A DNA stretch of 64,000 nt, taken from NCBI GenBank assembly GCA_963762255.1, contig CAVXKA010000002.1, positions 96,001 to 160,000 of the forward strand, in the 5' to 3' direction. Positions 21,089 through 30,554 of this stretch are shown here, one piece after another. Every line of letters begins with the position of its first letter. Position 1 is the stretch's first letter. The DNA is from Candidatus Eiseniibacteriota bacterium. Lineage in GTDB: Bacteria; Eisenbacteria; RBG-16-71-46; JABDJR01. A model generated the notes under the pieces. It was given only the letters and a program-made list of their open reading frames with translations. It had not been told where the DNA came from and made no database searches. Both the position numbers and the translations under genes were made by a program.

Positions 21089-21807
21089 ACATCAGCGCGC
21101 TCCCGCGAGGGACTCAGATCAGCGGTCGCTACGAGGTCAAGGAGCGCATCGGCGTGGGGTGGGAGGGCGTCACGTACAAGGTGCGCGACCGCCTCGACGA
21201 CCGGGTCAAGGCCATCAAGTTCATCACCAACATCAAACGCCGAAAGGCCATCCTGCAGCAGGCCCGGGTGATGGTGCGGCTCCACCACCCGAACATCATC
21301 AACTACTACAACGTCGACACGATGGATTTGGAAGGGGAGAGCCACTACTTCCTGCTCGTGGAATACCTCCAGGGGCCCAAGCTCTCCCAGGTCATCCGGC
21401 ACCATTTCCGCCGCCACGACCAGCCCCCGCTCTTCTACGGTTTGCGCATCTTCTACCAGATCTGCCGGGGCATGGCCTACGTTCACGACCAGCGTATCCT
21501 CCACGACGACCTCCATACCGACAACATCATCCTCACCGGCGATCCGACGGATCCGGTTCCCAAACTGTTCGATTTCTGGGGGAGCCGGGGGGCGAACATC
21601 GGCGAGCGGCGCAGTTTCGATCTGAAGTGCGCGGGACAGGTCCTCTTCGAGACGATGACCGGTCACGGCGAGTACGATGCCGCCGAGCTGGCGCTCCTGC
21701 CGCGGGAGATCGCTGCCATCGTCCGCCGCGCGCGCGCCCGGGTGCACACCTACGGCACCTTTCACGAAATCGTCGAGGATCTGGAAAAATTGCGCGACTG
21801 GGACTAG
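21085..21807 (+). CDS. Short atypical protein-kinase-fold protein
   Basis: [25 protein letters not shown]; GTG overlaps aroF stop. Confidence 0.8.
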   Translation: MNISALPRGTQISGRYEVKERIGVGWEGVTYKVRDRLDDRVKAIKFITNIKRRKAILQQARVMVRLHHPNIINYYNVDTMDLEGESHYFLLVEYLQGPKLSQVIRHHFRRHDQPPLFYGLRIFYQICRGMAYVHDQRILHDDLHTDNIILTGDPTDPVPKLFDFWGSRGANIGERRSFDLKCAGQVLFETMTGHGEYDAAELALLPREIAAIVRRARARVHTYGTFHEIVEDLEKLRDWD

Positions 21808-22421
21808 GGGTGAAATGCCTTCTCCCCGGCGCGGATGGCGACGGGGACGCGATTCTCCGGGGGGACGAGAGGGCAAGCCCAGCCGTCGTTGTACGCGCAG
21901 TACGGGTTCTTGGCCGTATTGAAGTCGACGATCAGGGTTCCGTTCGGCCCCGGCGCTACGTCGACGTATCGCCCCACATGATAGGTCTCGCTTCCGGTCG
22001 TGGCGTCCTGGAAGGGGAGGAACAGACTCTCGGTGGGCCGCGAGCGGAGCACGGTGAGGGTGAATGGCTGGCCGTCCCTCGTCAGATGCAGCTTCCCGTG
22101 GACGGTGTAGCGCCGGAGGTTTCCCTCGGTGTCGGGGAACTCGAGTTCTCCGCCGGCCCCTGTCTGATCGAGGCGCGCGACGAAACGGTACGAGGGGTCG
22201 AGGGGATAGTAGTGCAGGCCCGTGAAGCCCACCCGCTGGTCGGGCAGGAGCGGCGACTTCTCGGAGCGGAAGTACTCATCCACCCGCGTGCGGAAGGCGC
22301 CCAGGGAATCGGCCCACCCGGCCGGAACCTCGGAGACCGATTCCCGCCTCGACGAGCAGCCGAAAACCTCGAGAAGCAATACCAGGAGGACGGGGACTGG
22401 CCGCAGGATCCGGATCGACAC
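21804..22421 (-). CDS. DUF1684 family putative lipoprotein
   Basis: LPFQDATTGSETY, GRY, DFNTAKNPYCAY, CPLVPPEN, AGEK; lipobox-like VFGC. Confidence 0.88.
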   Translation of the reverse strand: MSIRILRPVPVLLVLLLEVFGCSSRRESVSEVPAGWADSLGAFRTRVDEYFRSEKSPLLPDQRVGFTGLHYYPLDPSYRFVARLDQTGAGGELEFPDTEGNLRRYTVHGKLHLTRDGQPFTLTVLRSRPTESLFLPFQDATTGSETYHVGRYVDVAPGPNGTLIVDFNTAKNPYCAYNDGWACPLVPPENRVPVAIRAGEKAFHP

Positions 22422-22436
22422 CGCGAAGACGTGCCT

Positions 22437-23000
22437 CTAGGGGTTGTTCTTCTGCCGTTCCCGGTCATCCCACTTGCCGATGATCGACTGGTACCAGGGA
22501 CGGCTGTCGAAGCGGTTGGCGAACACCCGGTTGATGGAATCCTGCTCAGTCGCGATGAAGTTCACGAACTCGGTGTGTTTGTCGAGCGTCTTCGTCATGA
22601 GGTCGAGCTGGGTCTGTAGCTTCAGGTCGATCTGCTCCTGCTGTCCCTTGAAGTTGGTCAGCACCTCGGCCTGGAAATCCTTGTTCTGGGCGGCGATGGC
22701 CTCGAATCGGGTATTGACCTCACTGATGATCTCGAGCTTGACCTCTTCAGGCCGGTTGGCGTAGGTCGACAGCTCGGCGGAAAGCTGGTCGGTTTTCTCG
22801 GTCAGCGTGGCCACGTTGGTGTTGACCGTGTTCATCTTCCGGTTGAGGAACTCGTTCTGCTGCTTGAGGAGATCGAGCTGCTTCTTGGTCGTGTTCTGGA
22901 GGTTGACGAGATCCTGCTGCATCTGACGGTTGCCTTGGCAACCGGAGAGGGCAACCCCTACCCCCAGGATGGCGACGAGCGAAACCAAGCGACGGTTCAT
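22437..23000 (-). CDS. Coiled-coil lipoprotein, hypothetical
   Basis: Lipobox LSGC; heptad-rich Q/N/K/E sequence; strong codon bias. Confidence 0.75.
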   Translation of the reverse strand: MNRRLVSLVAILGVGVALSGCQGNRQMQQDLVNLQNTTKKQLDLLKQQNEFLNRKMNTVNTNVATLTEKTDQLSAELSTYANRPEEVKLEIISEVNTRFEAIAAQNKDFQAEVLTNFKGQQEQIDLKLQTQLDLMTKTLDKHTEFVNFIATEQDSINRVFANRFDSRPWYQSIIGKWDDRERQKNNP

Positions 23001-23115
23001 GAGAGGCATTCCCCCTTGTACGGCAGGGCCCATCGGCGTCCTGCGCAGGCTTCCTGAGGAGGGTCGAAGCGGGCATTCCGGGCCCTCAACCCGGCCTACC
23101 CCAAAGCGTCGGCGG

Positions 23116-23144
23116 AGTGTAGTCGAGCCCCCAAAACGTGTCAA
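23116..23144 (-). promoter_or_regulatory. sigma70-type promoter TTGACA-N17-TACACT
   Basis: Same hexamers as the 6821-6849 promoter; -35 overlaps upstream stop codon. Confidence 0.7.
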
Positions 23145-25165
23145 GGCAATCGACTTCGGACGATCTCGGCGGCCTCGCGAGCTCTCGCTGCGCTTGCGGA
23201 GTCGGGCGCCGCCGCCTCCGCAGCGGCCAGATCGCGGAGCGCTGTGTCCCGATTTCCCGCCTCGGCCCGGGCAAGCCCCCGATTGTAGAGCGCCTTGAAG
23301 TGGCGGGGGTCGAGGTCGAGAGCGCGATCCCAGGCGGCCAGCGCCTCGGCGCGCCTCCCCGCCAGCCGCCGGTGCCTCCCCGCGCTGTTCCAGACCTCGG
23401 GATCCCGGCTTCCCTTCGCCACGGATTCCTCCAGCGCGCGCGCGGCGTCGCTATCGCGGCCGAGCGCTTCCAGCGTCAATCCGAGGGCGCCCAGGATCTC
23501 GGGATTCTCCGGAAAGGCCAGCACTGCCTCCTCGAGGTGGGGGATGGCCGCCTCGGGGTGTCCCTGCCGGTCGAGAATCCGCGCCCAGGTCCACTGGACG
23601 CTCCACGAATCGGGAATGCTCGCTCCCGCGATCTCAACCTCGCGGAGCGCGACATCGAGGTGGCCCCCTCGTTCGGCGAGCGCCGCCAGACCCAGATGGG
23701 CGCGCCCCTCGTCCGGGTCGAGAGCCAGCACGCGGGCGTACTCTCTCCCGGCCTCGGCCGCGCGGCCCGCGTTGAAGAGGGACTCGGCCCGCACCAGGCG
23801 GTCGCGGGGCGGATCCTCTGCGATCGCCCGTGCCCAGGGAATGTTGGCCGCGGCATAGGCAACCAGAAAGACGAGCCACGCCGCGGGGCGGCGGGCGCGA
23901 AGCCTCACCGCGCCGACGGCGGCGAGAAGCGCGAGGGCGGGCAATGCGGGCGCACGAAACCGGGCACAGACGAAGAAGAGGAGCAATGGGAGAAAGACGA
24001 TCCCGGCGTAGGCGAGCACGGGGCGCCAGCGGCGATCCCTGAGTTCGAGAAGCCCGACCAGAGCCAGGGGGATGAGAAGACCGCTCGGCCAATAGAGTCC
24101 GGGGACTTTCCAGAGAAGCGCGGGGAACCACGGGACGTCCTCGCGCGCCAGGTAGAGCGACCGGTTGTTGGGTGTCTCGAAACCATGGATGAGATAGAGG
24201 GCCTTGCGCGATGTGAGCGAGAGCGCCTCTCCCGGATGGGCGACCCAGAAGCGCATCGCTTCGCGCGTCCACCGATCGGATGCGGCGGCAGGGTCGAGCG
24301 GACGCTGCGCGCGAGTCTCGGCCAGGCGCACCGAGGCCTCGGCGAATTCCCGCCATCCTCCGCCCGCAGGAAGGCCGGGAATGTCCACCCCGCGGCCGTC
24401 GGCTCCGACGTGGTTTCCCGCGTAGAGGTTGATGCCGGCCTGGGTCGCAGGAAAACGAAAGCCGGCGCCGTGTGACGCCATGAGGGCGGCCGGTCCGACC
24501 CATACAGCGAGTGTGATCCCCAGGGTGAGAGCGGCGCGACGCACCCTCGGACCCCGAGCGACGCACGCGAAGAGCGTCCCCGCGCCGGCCAGGAGCGCCA
24601 AGGGCCCGCGCGCCAGGGCGGCGAGGCTCCAGAGGAAGCTCATCGCTGCCCACCAGCGAAAGCCATCCCGTTCCGACCCGGCGCCGGCACGAACGATGGC
24701 GTAGAGCCCCCACGCCCCGAGCGCCGTGGCCAGCGGCTCGCCCAGCAGCTCTCCCTCGAAGAAGATCTGCGGCGCGTAGAGAGCGGCCGCGAGAGCGGCG
24801 CCGACGCGGGCCGCCCGCGCCAGACCGAGGCGCGTGCCGGTGGCGAGCACGGCCAGGGCAGTCGTCACCCCCAAGGCGGCGTCGAACACGCGGCCCGGCC
24901 ATGGACCGGCGCCGAACAGGGCGTAGAGAGCGCCCAGGGTCCAGGGGAAGAGCGGCGGGCGGAAATAGGGCGCCCCCGCGGTCAAGTCGCCGGCGGCGAT
25001 CGCCCGCGCGAGGCCGTCATGGTACGCAGAGTCGAGGATGGGCGCGCTGAAGAAGGGGCTCCGCTCGAAGAACACGAAGTAGGCGACGCGGACGAGGATC
25101 GCCACCGAAAGCACGAGCCCCGCCTCTCGAAGGGAGACGCGGGGTTCGGATGCGGCGGCCGTCAT
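23141..25165 (-). CDS. GT-C glycosyltransferase with C-terminal TPR array (paralog of 11130..13364)
   Basis: LDSAYH, PPLFP, FFEGELL, GINLYAGN, ETPNN, FFVCARFR, then TPRs. Confidence 0.8.
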   Translation of the reverse strand: MTAAASEPRVSLREAGLVLSVAILVRVAYFVFFERSPFFSAPILDSAYHDGLARAIAAGDLTAGAPYFRPPLFPWTLGALYALFGAGPWPGRVFDAALGVTTALAVLATGTRLGLARAARVGAALAAALYAPQIFFEGELLGEPLATALGAWGLYAIVRAGAGSERDGFRWWAAMSFLWSLAALARGPLALLAGAGTLFACVARGPRVRRAALTLGITLAVWVGPAALMASHGAGFRFPATQAGINLYAGNHVGADGRGVDIPGLPAGGGWREFAEASVRLAETRAQRPLDPAAASDRWTREAMRFWVAHPGEALSLTSRKALYLIHGFETPNNRSLYLAREDVPWFPALLWKVPGLYWPSGLLIPLALVGLLELRDRRWRPVLAYAGIVFLPLLLFFVCARFRAPALPALALLAAVGAVRLRARRPAAWLVFLVAYAAANIPWARAIAEDPPRDRLVRAESLFNAGRAAEAGREYARVLALDPDEGRAHLGLAALAERGGHLDVALREVEIAGASIPDSWSVQWTWARILDRQGHPEAAIPHLEEAVLAFPENPEILGALGLTLEALGRDSDAARALEESVAKGSRDPEVWNSAGRHRRLAGRRAEALAAWDRALDLDPRHFKALYNRGLARAEAGNRDTALRDLAAAEAAAPDSASAARAREAAEIVRSRLP

Positions 25166-25178
25166 GACGGAAGGGCGG

Positions 25179-26351
25179 TCAGGCGAACGCGGGGATCCCG
25201 GTGATCTCCTGCCCGAGGATGAGGGTGTGGATGTCGTGGGTCCCTTCATAGGTCTTCACCGACTCGAGGTTCATCATGTGGCGCATGATCGGATACTCGG
25301 TGGTGATCCCGTTCGCGCCGAGGACGTCTCGCGCTGAGCGCGCAATGTCCAGCGCCATGGCGACGTTGTTGCGTTTGGCCATCGAGACGTGACCGAAGGT
25401 GAGCTTCCCTCCGTCCTTGAGCTGGCCGAGCCGCAGGCACAGAGCCTGCGCCTTGGTGATCTCGGTGAGCATATCGGCGAGCTTGGCCTGGGTGAGTTGG
25501 AAGGCGCCGATCGGGCGTCCGAACTGGATGCGCGTCTTGGAGTATTCGACGGCGGCGTGAAAGCAAGCCATGGCCGCGCCGATCGCTCCCCACGCGATGC
25601 CGTAGCGCGCCTGGGTCAAACAGGCGAGCGGCGCCTTCAGGCCCCCCGCGCCGGGAAGCAGGTTCGCGTCGGGCAGCCTCACATCCTGGAGGACGAGCTC
25701 GCTCGTCACCGACGCGCGCAGGCTCATCTTGTGCTTCATCTCCGGCGCGCTGAACCCCGGCCGGTCCTTCTCGACGAGGAAACCGCGGATGAGGCCGTCC
25801 TCGTCCTTGGCCCACACCACCGAGATGTCGGCGATGCTGCCGTTGGTGATCCACATCTTGGCGCCGTTCAGGACCCACTCGCTCCCGTCGCGACGCGCGC
25901 GCGTGACCATGCCGCCGGGGTTGGATCCGTAGTCCGGCTCGGTGAGGCCGAACGCGCCGATCAACTCGCCCGCAGCCAGGCGCGGCAGGTAGGTTCGTCG
26001 CTGCTCCTCGGTGCCGAACTCGTAGATGGGGTACATGACGAGCGCCCCCTGCACCGACGCGAAGGACCGGATGCCGCTGTCGCCCCGCTCCAGCTCCTGC
26101 ATGACCAGACCGTAGGCGATGTTGCTCATCTCCGCGCAGCCGTACTCTGCGGGGAGCGTGGTGCCGAACACGCCGAGTTCTGCGAGTTTCCTGGTGAGCT
26201 GCAGGGGGAAGGTGCCGCTCTCGTTGTGCCCCTCGATGATGGGAAGGACCTCGGCGTCCACGAAGTCACGCACCGCCTGGCGGGCCATCCGCTCTTCGTC
26301 GGTGAGGAGGTCATCGAAGAGGTAGTAGTCGTAGCCTGGAAACGTGGTCAT
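25179..26351 (-). CDS. Acyl-CoA dehydrogenase, glutaryl-CoA dehydrogenase-like
   Basis: ELERGDSG, FGLTEPDYGS, KMWITNG, TYEGTHDIHTLILG. Confidence 0.9.
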   Translation of the reverse strand: MTTFPGYDYYLFDDLLTDEERMARQAVRDFVDAEVLPIIEGHNESGTFPLQLTRKLAELGVFGTTLPAEYGCAEMSNIAYGLVMQELERGDSGIRSFASVQGALVMYPIYEFGTEEQRRTYLPRLAAGELIGAFGLTEPDYGSNPGGMVTRARRDGSEWVLNGAKMWITNGSIADISVVWAKDEDGLIRGFLVEKDRPGFSAPEMKHKMSLRASVTSELVLQDVRLPDANLLPGAGGLKAPLACLTQARYGIAWGAIGAAMACFHAAVEYSKTRIQFGRPIGAFQLTQAKLADMLTEITKAQALCLRLGQLKDGGKLTFGHVSMAKRNNVAMALDIARSARDVLGANGITTEYPIMRHMMNLESVKTYEGTHDIHTLILGQEITGIPAFA

Positions 26352-27286
26352 ACCGAGGACGCACTCTCCCGAGGTTCTTCGCCGCCGGTCTCCGGGTCCT
26401 CCTCGACGAACTCACCCTCCTCATCCTCGTCCTCGTCTTCGTACTCCTCATCCTCGAACTCGCCGTCCTCGTCGTCGTACTCCTCGAATTCGTCGTCGAG
26501 GTACTCGCCGTTACCGGTGCCTCCGGGAGCGACGGCGCGGGCGCCGCGATCGCCGAGCGCGATCTCGACGTCCTCGGACTCCCGATTCAGATGGAGGACG
26601 CGGTAGCCATCCGAGCGCTGCTGCTTCACGAGCAGGCAGTCCTGGATGGCCTGGGCTACGAACTCGCGCGCCTCGTCCTCGGCCAGGCCCGGAAACTCGG
26701 TGGAGGTGGTCATGGCCGCAGCCACGTACTTGAAGGTGATGAAGGGCTTGGATCGCTCGAGGCGATCCACGAAGCGGATGAAGGAGTCTCTGCGCGCATC
26801 GTCCGCCACCGCCTCGAACTCCAGCGGCTCGAACTGTCCGCCCGCCGCCTCGATGAGGTCGTTGCTCACGGAGCCGCGCACGCCTCCGATCACCACCTGC
26901 TTTCCGTAGCGGTTGCGGATCATGGTGGCGGCCCGGATGAATCGCCGGTCGCCGGTCATCAGGATGTACGTGGCGAGAAAGGGACGGTCGAGGAGCGACT
27001 CGAAGATCTCGATCAACATCTCCATGTCCGCGCCCCCCTTGGGGCGATCGCCGACCTGGAGCGGGGTCACGTTGACCGCGGTGATACCCGAAACCTGCAG
27101 ATCGCGCTGGACGCGCTCGGGGTGGTCGGTGAAGTCGGCGTAGGCGCGGGCGAGGGTGACCAAGCCGTAGCGGCGCGCGACATCCATCAACATCGATCCG
27201 CACAACTCGCGGTGGTACGTATTGAGGACGCTGTAGCGTATGTTCTCGAAGTCGACCATCAGGGCGACTTCGGCGGGGCGTTCCAT
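26348..27286 (-). CDS. NYN domain-containing protein with acidic C-terminal tail
   Basis: VDFENI, AYADF, KGGAD, MTGD motifs; D/E-rich tail. Confidence 0.82.
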   Translation of the reverse strand: MERPAEVALMVDFENIRYSVLNTYHRELCGSMLMDVARRYGLVTLARAYADFTDHPERVQRDLQVSGITAVNVTPLQVGDRPKGGADMEMLIEIFESLLDRPFLATYILMTGDRRFIRAATMIRNRYGKQVVIGGVRGSVSNDLIEAAGGQFEPLEFEAVADDARRDSFIRFVDRLERSKPFITFKYVAAAMTTSTEFPGLAEDEAREFVAQAIQDCLLVKQQRSDGYRVLHLNRESEDVEIALGDRGARAVAPGGTGNGEYLDDEFEEYDDEDGEFEDEEYEDEDEDEEGEFVEEDPETGGEEPRESASSV

Positions 27287-27590
27287 ACGACCTCCAGGAT
27301 CCGTCCCCGAAGCCGCATGGAGGGCTCCCCGGAGAAAGCCGGGGCCGAAGGCACGGGTGCGGACGTGAGTGTTCTAGGGAATCACAATCGCATTGTGGAA
27401 CCGGGACCGGCGAGTAACCACGCGAGCCGATCCCTACAATTGACCCCGTAAGTGTACGCTAGCGGGGGACCCCTCACAAGCGAACACGTGGCAGGCTGAT
27501 TCCGGCGCCTTCGTCTTGCCTTCGGCGCGGCCTCGCGGGATCATCTTCCGTTCGCACTCGCCCTCGTCCTCGTCGGAAAAGGAGCCTTTC

Positions 27591-28664
27591 ATGAGCGCAT
27601 CGCCCGTCGACCGCGGCAAGATCCTGGCCGTGCTGCAAACCATCATCGACCCCGACCTGCATCGGGACATCGTGAGCCTCGGCTTCGTGAAAGACGTGCG
27701 CATCGAGGACGGCAAGGTGGGGGTGACCATCGAGCTCACCACGCCGGCCTGTCCGGTGAAGGGGGAGATGGAGCGAGCGGCCCGCGAGCGGATCGCCGCG
27801 CTCCCGGGGGTCACCGCGGTGGAGGTGAACATGACCTCCAAGGTAGTGCAGTCGCCCGCCGCGCTCGCCGGGGAGCTCCTTCCCGGGGTCCGCCACATGG
27901 TGGCGGTCGCCAGCGGCAAGGGAGGAGTGGGCAAGTCGACGGTGGCGGTGAACCTCGCGGTGGCACTCGCGGAGACCGGGGCCTCGGTGGGGCTCCTCGA
28001 CGCCGACATCTACGGTCCCTCGGTCCCGATCATGATGGGACTGCGCACGGCGCGGCCGGCGGTGCGCGACGGCAAGCTGCAGCCCCTGGAGCGGTTCGGC
28101 CTGAAGATGATGTCGGTGGGGTTCATCGCCGGCGAGGACACGCCGGTGATCTGGCGCGGCCCGCTAGTCGGCAAGCTGGTGACGCAGTTCCTCTCCGATG
28201 TGGATTGGGGGGAGCTCGATTACCTCGTGGTGGACCTTCCTCCGGGGACCGGCGACGCGCAGCTCACGCTGACCCAGGTCGCTCCGCTCGCCGGGGCGGT
28301 CATCGTCACGACGCCGCAGGACGTCGCTCTGGAGGACGTGCGCCGCGGGATCCGTATGTTCGAGACCGTGAACGTCCCCGTCCTGGGGATCATCGAGAAC
28401 ATGGCCTACTTCATTTGTTCGAACTGCGGGACCCGGCATGAAATCTTCCACCATGGCGGGGGAGCGGCGGCTGCGGCGACCTTTGAGGTCCCCTTCCTGG
28501 GAGAGATCCCCATCGATCCCGCGATCCGGGAGGGGGGTGACCGAGGGGTCCCCCTTGTGGTGGGGCACCCCGACTCCCCCCAGACCGCTGCCTTTCGCCA
28601 CGTGGCCGGGGAGTTGGCCCGCCAACTGTCCATCCTCGCCTTTCCCGGACAGCCCGACTCCTGA
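27591..28664 (+). CDS. apbC: Mrp/NBP35 family Fe-S cluster carrier ATPase (ApbC)
   Basis: DPDL, TTPACP, SGKGGVGKS, DADIYGPS, DLPPGTGD, ENM..CxxC; SD AAGGAG. Confidence 0.93.
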   Translation: MSASPVDRGKILAVLQTIIDPDLHRDIVSLGFVKDVRIEDGKVGVTIELTTPACPVKGEMERAARERIAALPGVTAVEVNMTSKVVQSPAALAGELLPGVRHMVAVASGKGGVGKSTVAVNLAVALAETGASVGLLDADIYGPSVPIMMGLRTARPAVRDGKLQPLERFGLKMMSVGFIAGEDTPVIWRGPLVGKLVTQFLSDVDWGELDYLVVDLPPGTGDAQLTLTQVAPLAGAVIVTTPQDVALEDVRRGIRMFETVNVPVLGIIENMAYFICSNCGTRHEIFHHGGGAAAAATFEVPFLGEIPIDPAIREGGDRGVPLVVGHPDSPQTAAFRHVAGELARQLSILAFPGQPDS

Positions 28665-28669
28665 AGTAC

Positions 28670-28698
28670 TCGACAGCGCCTCGTATTTTGTGTAGGCT
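28670..28698 (+). promoter_or_regulatory. Putative sigma70 promoter TCGACA-N17-TAGGCT for the CarD-like gene
   Basis: Hexamers with 17-nt spacer immediately after apbC stop. Confidence 0.5.
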
Positions 28699-28789
28699 TG
28701 GAGCGATTTGGAACGGGACCGGACTTGGACCCCCTCAGGTCCGGCATCGCCCCTCGGTCCCTGGATCTAATCAGCAGGGGAGCCGGTCT

Positions 28790-29605
28790 TTGCCCAACAT
28801 CATAACTTCAAGCAAGAAGAAGACTTCAACGAAATCCGCTAAGGTCCCTCCGAAGCCCCGTCCGGCGGCGACGGCGGCCAAGCGACCTGTCGCATCGAAG
28901 TCGGCACCCAAGTTGGCGGCCAAGCCGGTGGCCAAGGCGTCGCAAAGCGTCCCCACCCGAGGCAAGCCCTCGGCGCCGGTCGCGCGATCCGCGGCACCGC
29001 AGGGCAAGGGCGCCCCCAAAGCCCCCGTGATCGCCCCGGCCCGGGAGAAGTCCCACCCTCCGGTGGCCCATGTGGAGGAGTTGCCCCTCCGCCAGACCGT
29101 CGAGCAGGCGCTGGCCTCCCTGCAGTACCGGGAGGGTCAGTTCGTAGTGCACCCCAAGTACGGACTCGGGCAGGTCGAACGGATCCTCGAGCGACGGTTG
29201 ACGACGCATACGGTCCCCTGCGTCGAGATCAGCTTCTCCTACCAGGGCATGCGGCTCACCATCCCGGTCGACCAGGTGGAGCGCTCCGGCCTCCGGCGAC
29301 CGATCGGCCGCCGAGAGATCGACGGGATCTTCAAGGTCCTCAAGGGGAGGGCCACCTTCGACGCCAAGCGGCGCTCGGCCAAACGGGTCGTGGACTACCG
29401 CAAGCGGCTCGGGCAGGGAGATCCCACGTCGCTGGCCGAGGCGGTGCGCGATCTCGGTCGCCTCTCGCTCAAGAAGTCCCTCTCCTACGAAGAGCGTAAG
29501 ATCCTCACTACCGCGCTCCGCATCCTGAGCCGCGAGGTTGCGCTCGCACGCAACCGCGAGCCGGACGAGGTCCGTCAGGAAATCGAGCGGATCGTCTACC
29601 GCTAG
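28790..29605 (+). CDS. CarD-like transcriptional regulator with Lys/Ala/Pro-rich N-terminal extension
   Basis: GQFVVHPKYGLGQV, IPV..V...GLR, LAEAVRDL, LSYEERK; TTG start after GGGGAG. Confidence 0.82.
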   Translation: MPNIITSSKKKTSTKSAKVPPKPRPAATAAKRPVASKSAPKLAAKPVAKASQSVPTRGKPSAPVARSAAPQGKGAPKAPVIAPAREKSHPPVAHVEELPLRQTVEQALASLQYREGQFVVHPKYGLGQVERILERRLTTHTVPCVEISFSYQGMRLTIPVDQVERSGLRRPIGRREIDGIFKVLKGRATFDAKRRSAKRVVDYRKRLGQGDPTSLAEAVRDLGRLSLKKSLSYEERKILTTALRILSREVALARNREPDEVRQEIERIVYR

Positions 29606-29614
29606 GCGGTGGCG

Positions 29615-30547
29615 ATGCGCACCGTGCCGCCCGCGAGCCTGGCCATCGTTCTTTCCATCGCCTCGCTCGTGGCGGCGCCTACCCCCCGCGCGTCTGCCTC
29701 GACTCCCGCCGAGTGCTCGGTGGTTCTCCTGGTCGGCGCGGATCATCGCGGGGAGTTGGCCCCCTGTCACTGTCCGGGACTCGAAGCGGGGAGTCTGGCG
29801 CTGCGGGCGGCGTTCCTGCGCACGGCCCGCCTCGGCGCGCGCTTCACGGTGGTCGCCGACGCAGGGGACTTCACGCCGCTTCCCGCCGACAGCGGGGATG
29901 TGACTCCGGCGTCCACCGTGGTCCAAGTTCTCGAGATGATCTCCTACGATGCGGTGGCCCTGGGCGAAGCCGAGCTGCTTCGGGGGCCGGAGTTCCTCGC
30001 CGAGGCCTCGCGGCGCCTCCCCCTGGTCTGCGCGAACGTGAAGCTGGCCGGCGAACTCGGCGCGCGCATCCCCGCCGTGCGCGTCATCGAGCGGGACAGT
30101 TGCCGCGTGGCCGTGACGGCCTACGTCGATCCGCTCCTCTACTACGAGTGGCCGCAAGCGTTTGAACGTCCGCCGGACAGCCTTCTGGTGACCGATCCCG
30201 CCGAGGCGCTCCGCCCGGTCCTGGCCAAGGCGCGTGCGGACGGACTACCGCTCGTGGTCCTCGCGCACGCCGACCAGGCTTCCGTCGCGGCGCTCTTCAG
30301 CGATCTTTCTCGGCCGGATGTCATCGTGGTCGGCCATGACCCGCAAGCGAGCCGGACCGCCACCCGCCGGGAGGACGCGATCTGGATCGATCCCAGTCCC
30401 CACTCGAGGAGCATCTCCCAACTCACGTTTCGCTCCGCGCGCGGGCAGCCGCCCGTCGTGGAAGCCTTCAGACTCCACGAGCTGAAGCAGGAGAGCCGCT
30501 GGGACGAGCGCATCGAGGAGCTCGTGCGGGCCGCCCAAGGCCGTTGA
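29615..30547 (+). CDS. Secreted 5'-nucleotidase/metallophosphoesterase-like protein with PCxC motif
   Basis: Signal peptide; GELAPCHC, DAGD, YDAVALG, CAN, LAH, VVGH. Confidence 0.65.
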   Translation: MRTVPPASLAIVLSIASLVAAPTPRASASTPAECSVVLLVGADHRGELAPCHCPGLEAGSLALRAAFLRTARLGARFTVVADAGDFTPLPADSGDVTPASTVVQVLEMISYDAVALGEAELLRGPEFLAEASRRLPLVCANVKLAGELGARIPAVRVIERDSCRVAVTAYVDPLLYYEWPQAFERPPDSLLVTDPAEALRPVLAKARADGLPLVVLAHADQASVAALFSDLSRPDVIVVGHDPQASRTATRREDAIWIDPSPHSRSISQLTFRSARGQPPVVEAFRLHELKQESRWDERIEELVRAAQGR

Positions 30548-30554
30548 GCGCGTC

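Noticed and set aside
26400-26510. TCG/TCC-rich repetitive DNA
   Set aside because: Encodes the Asp/Glu tail of the NYN protein; not a CRISPR or tandem-repeat array
29760-29775. Possible selenocysteine in the PCxC motif
   Set aside because: Both codons are TGT; no in-frame TGA
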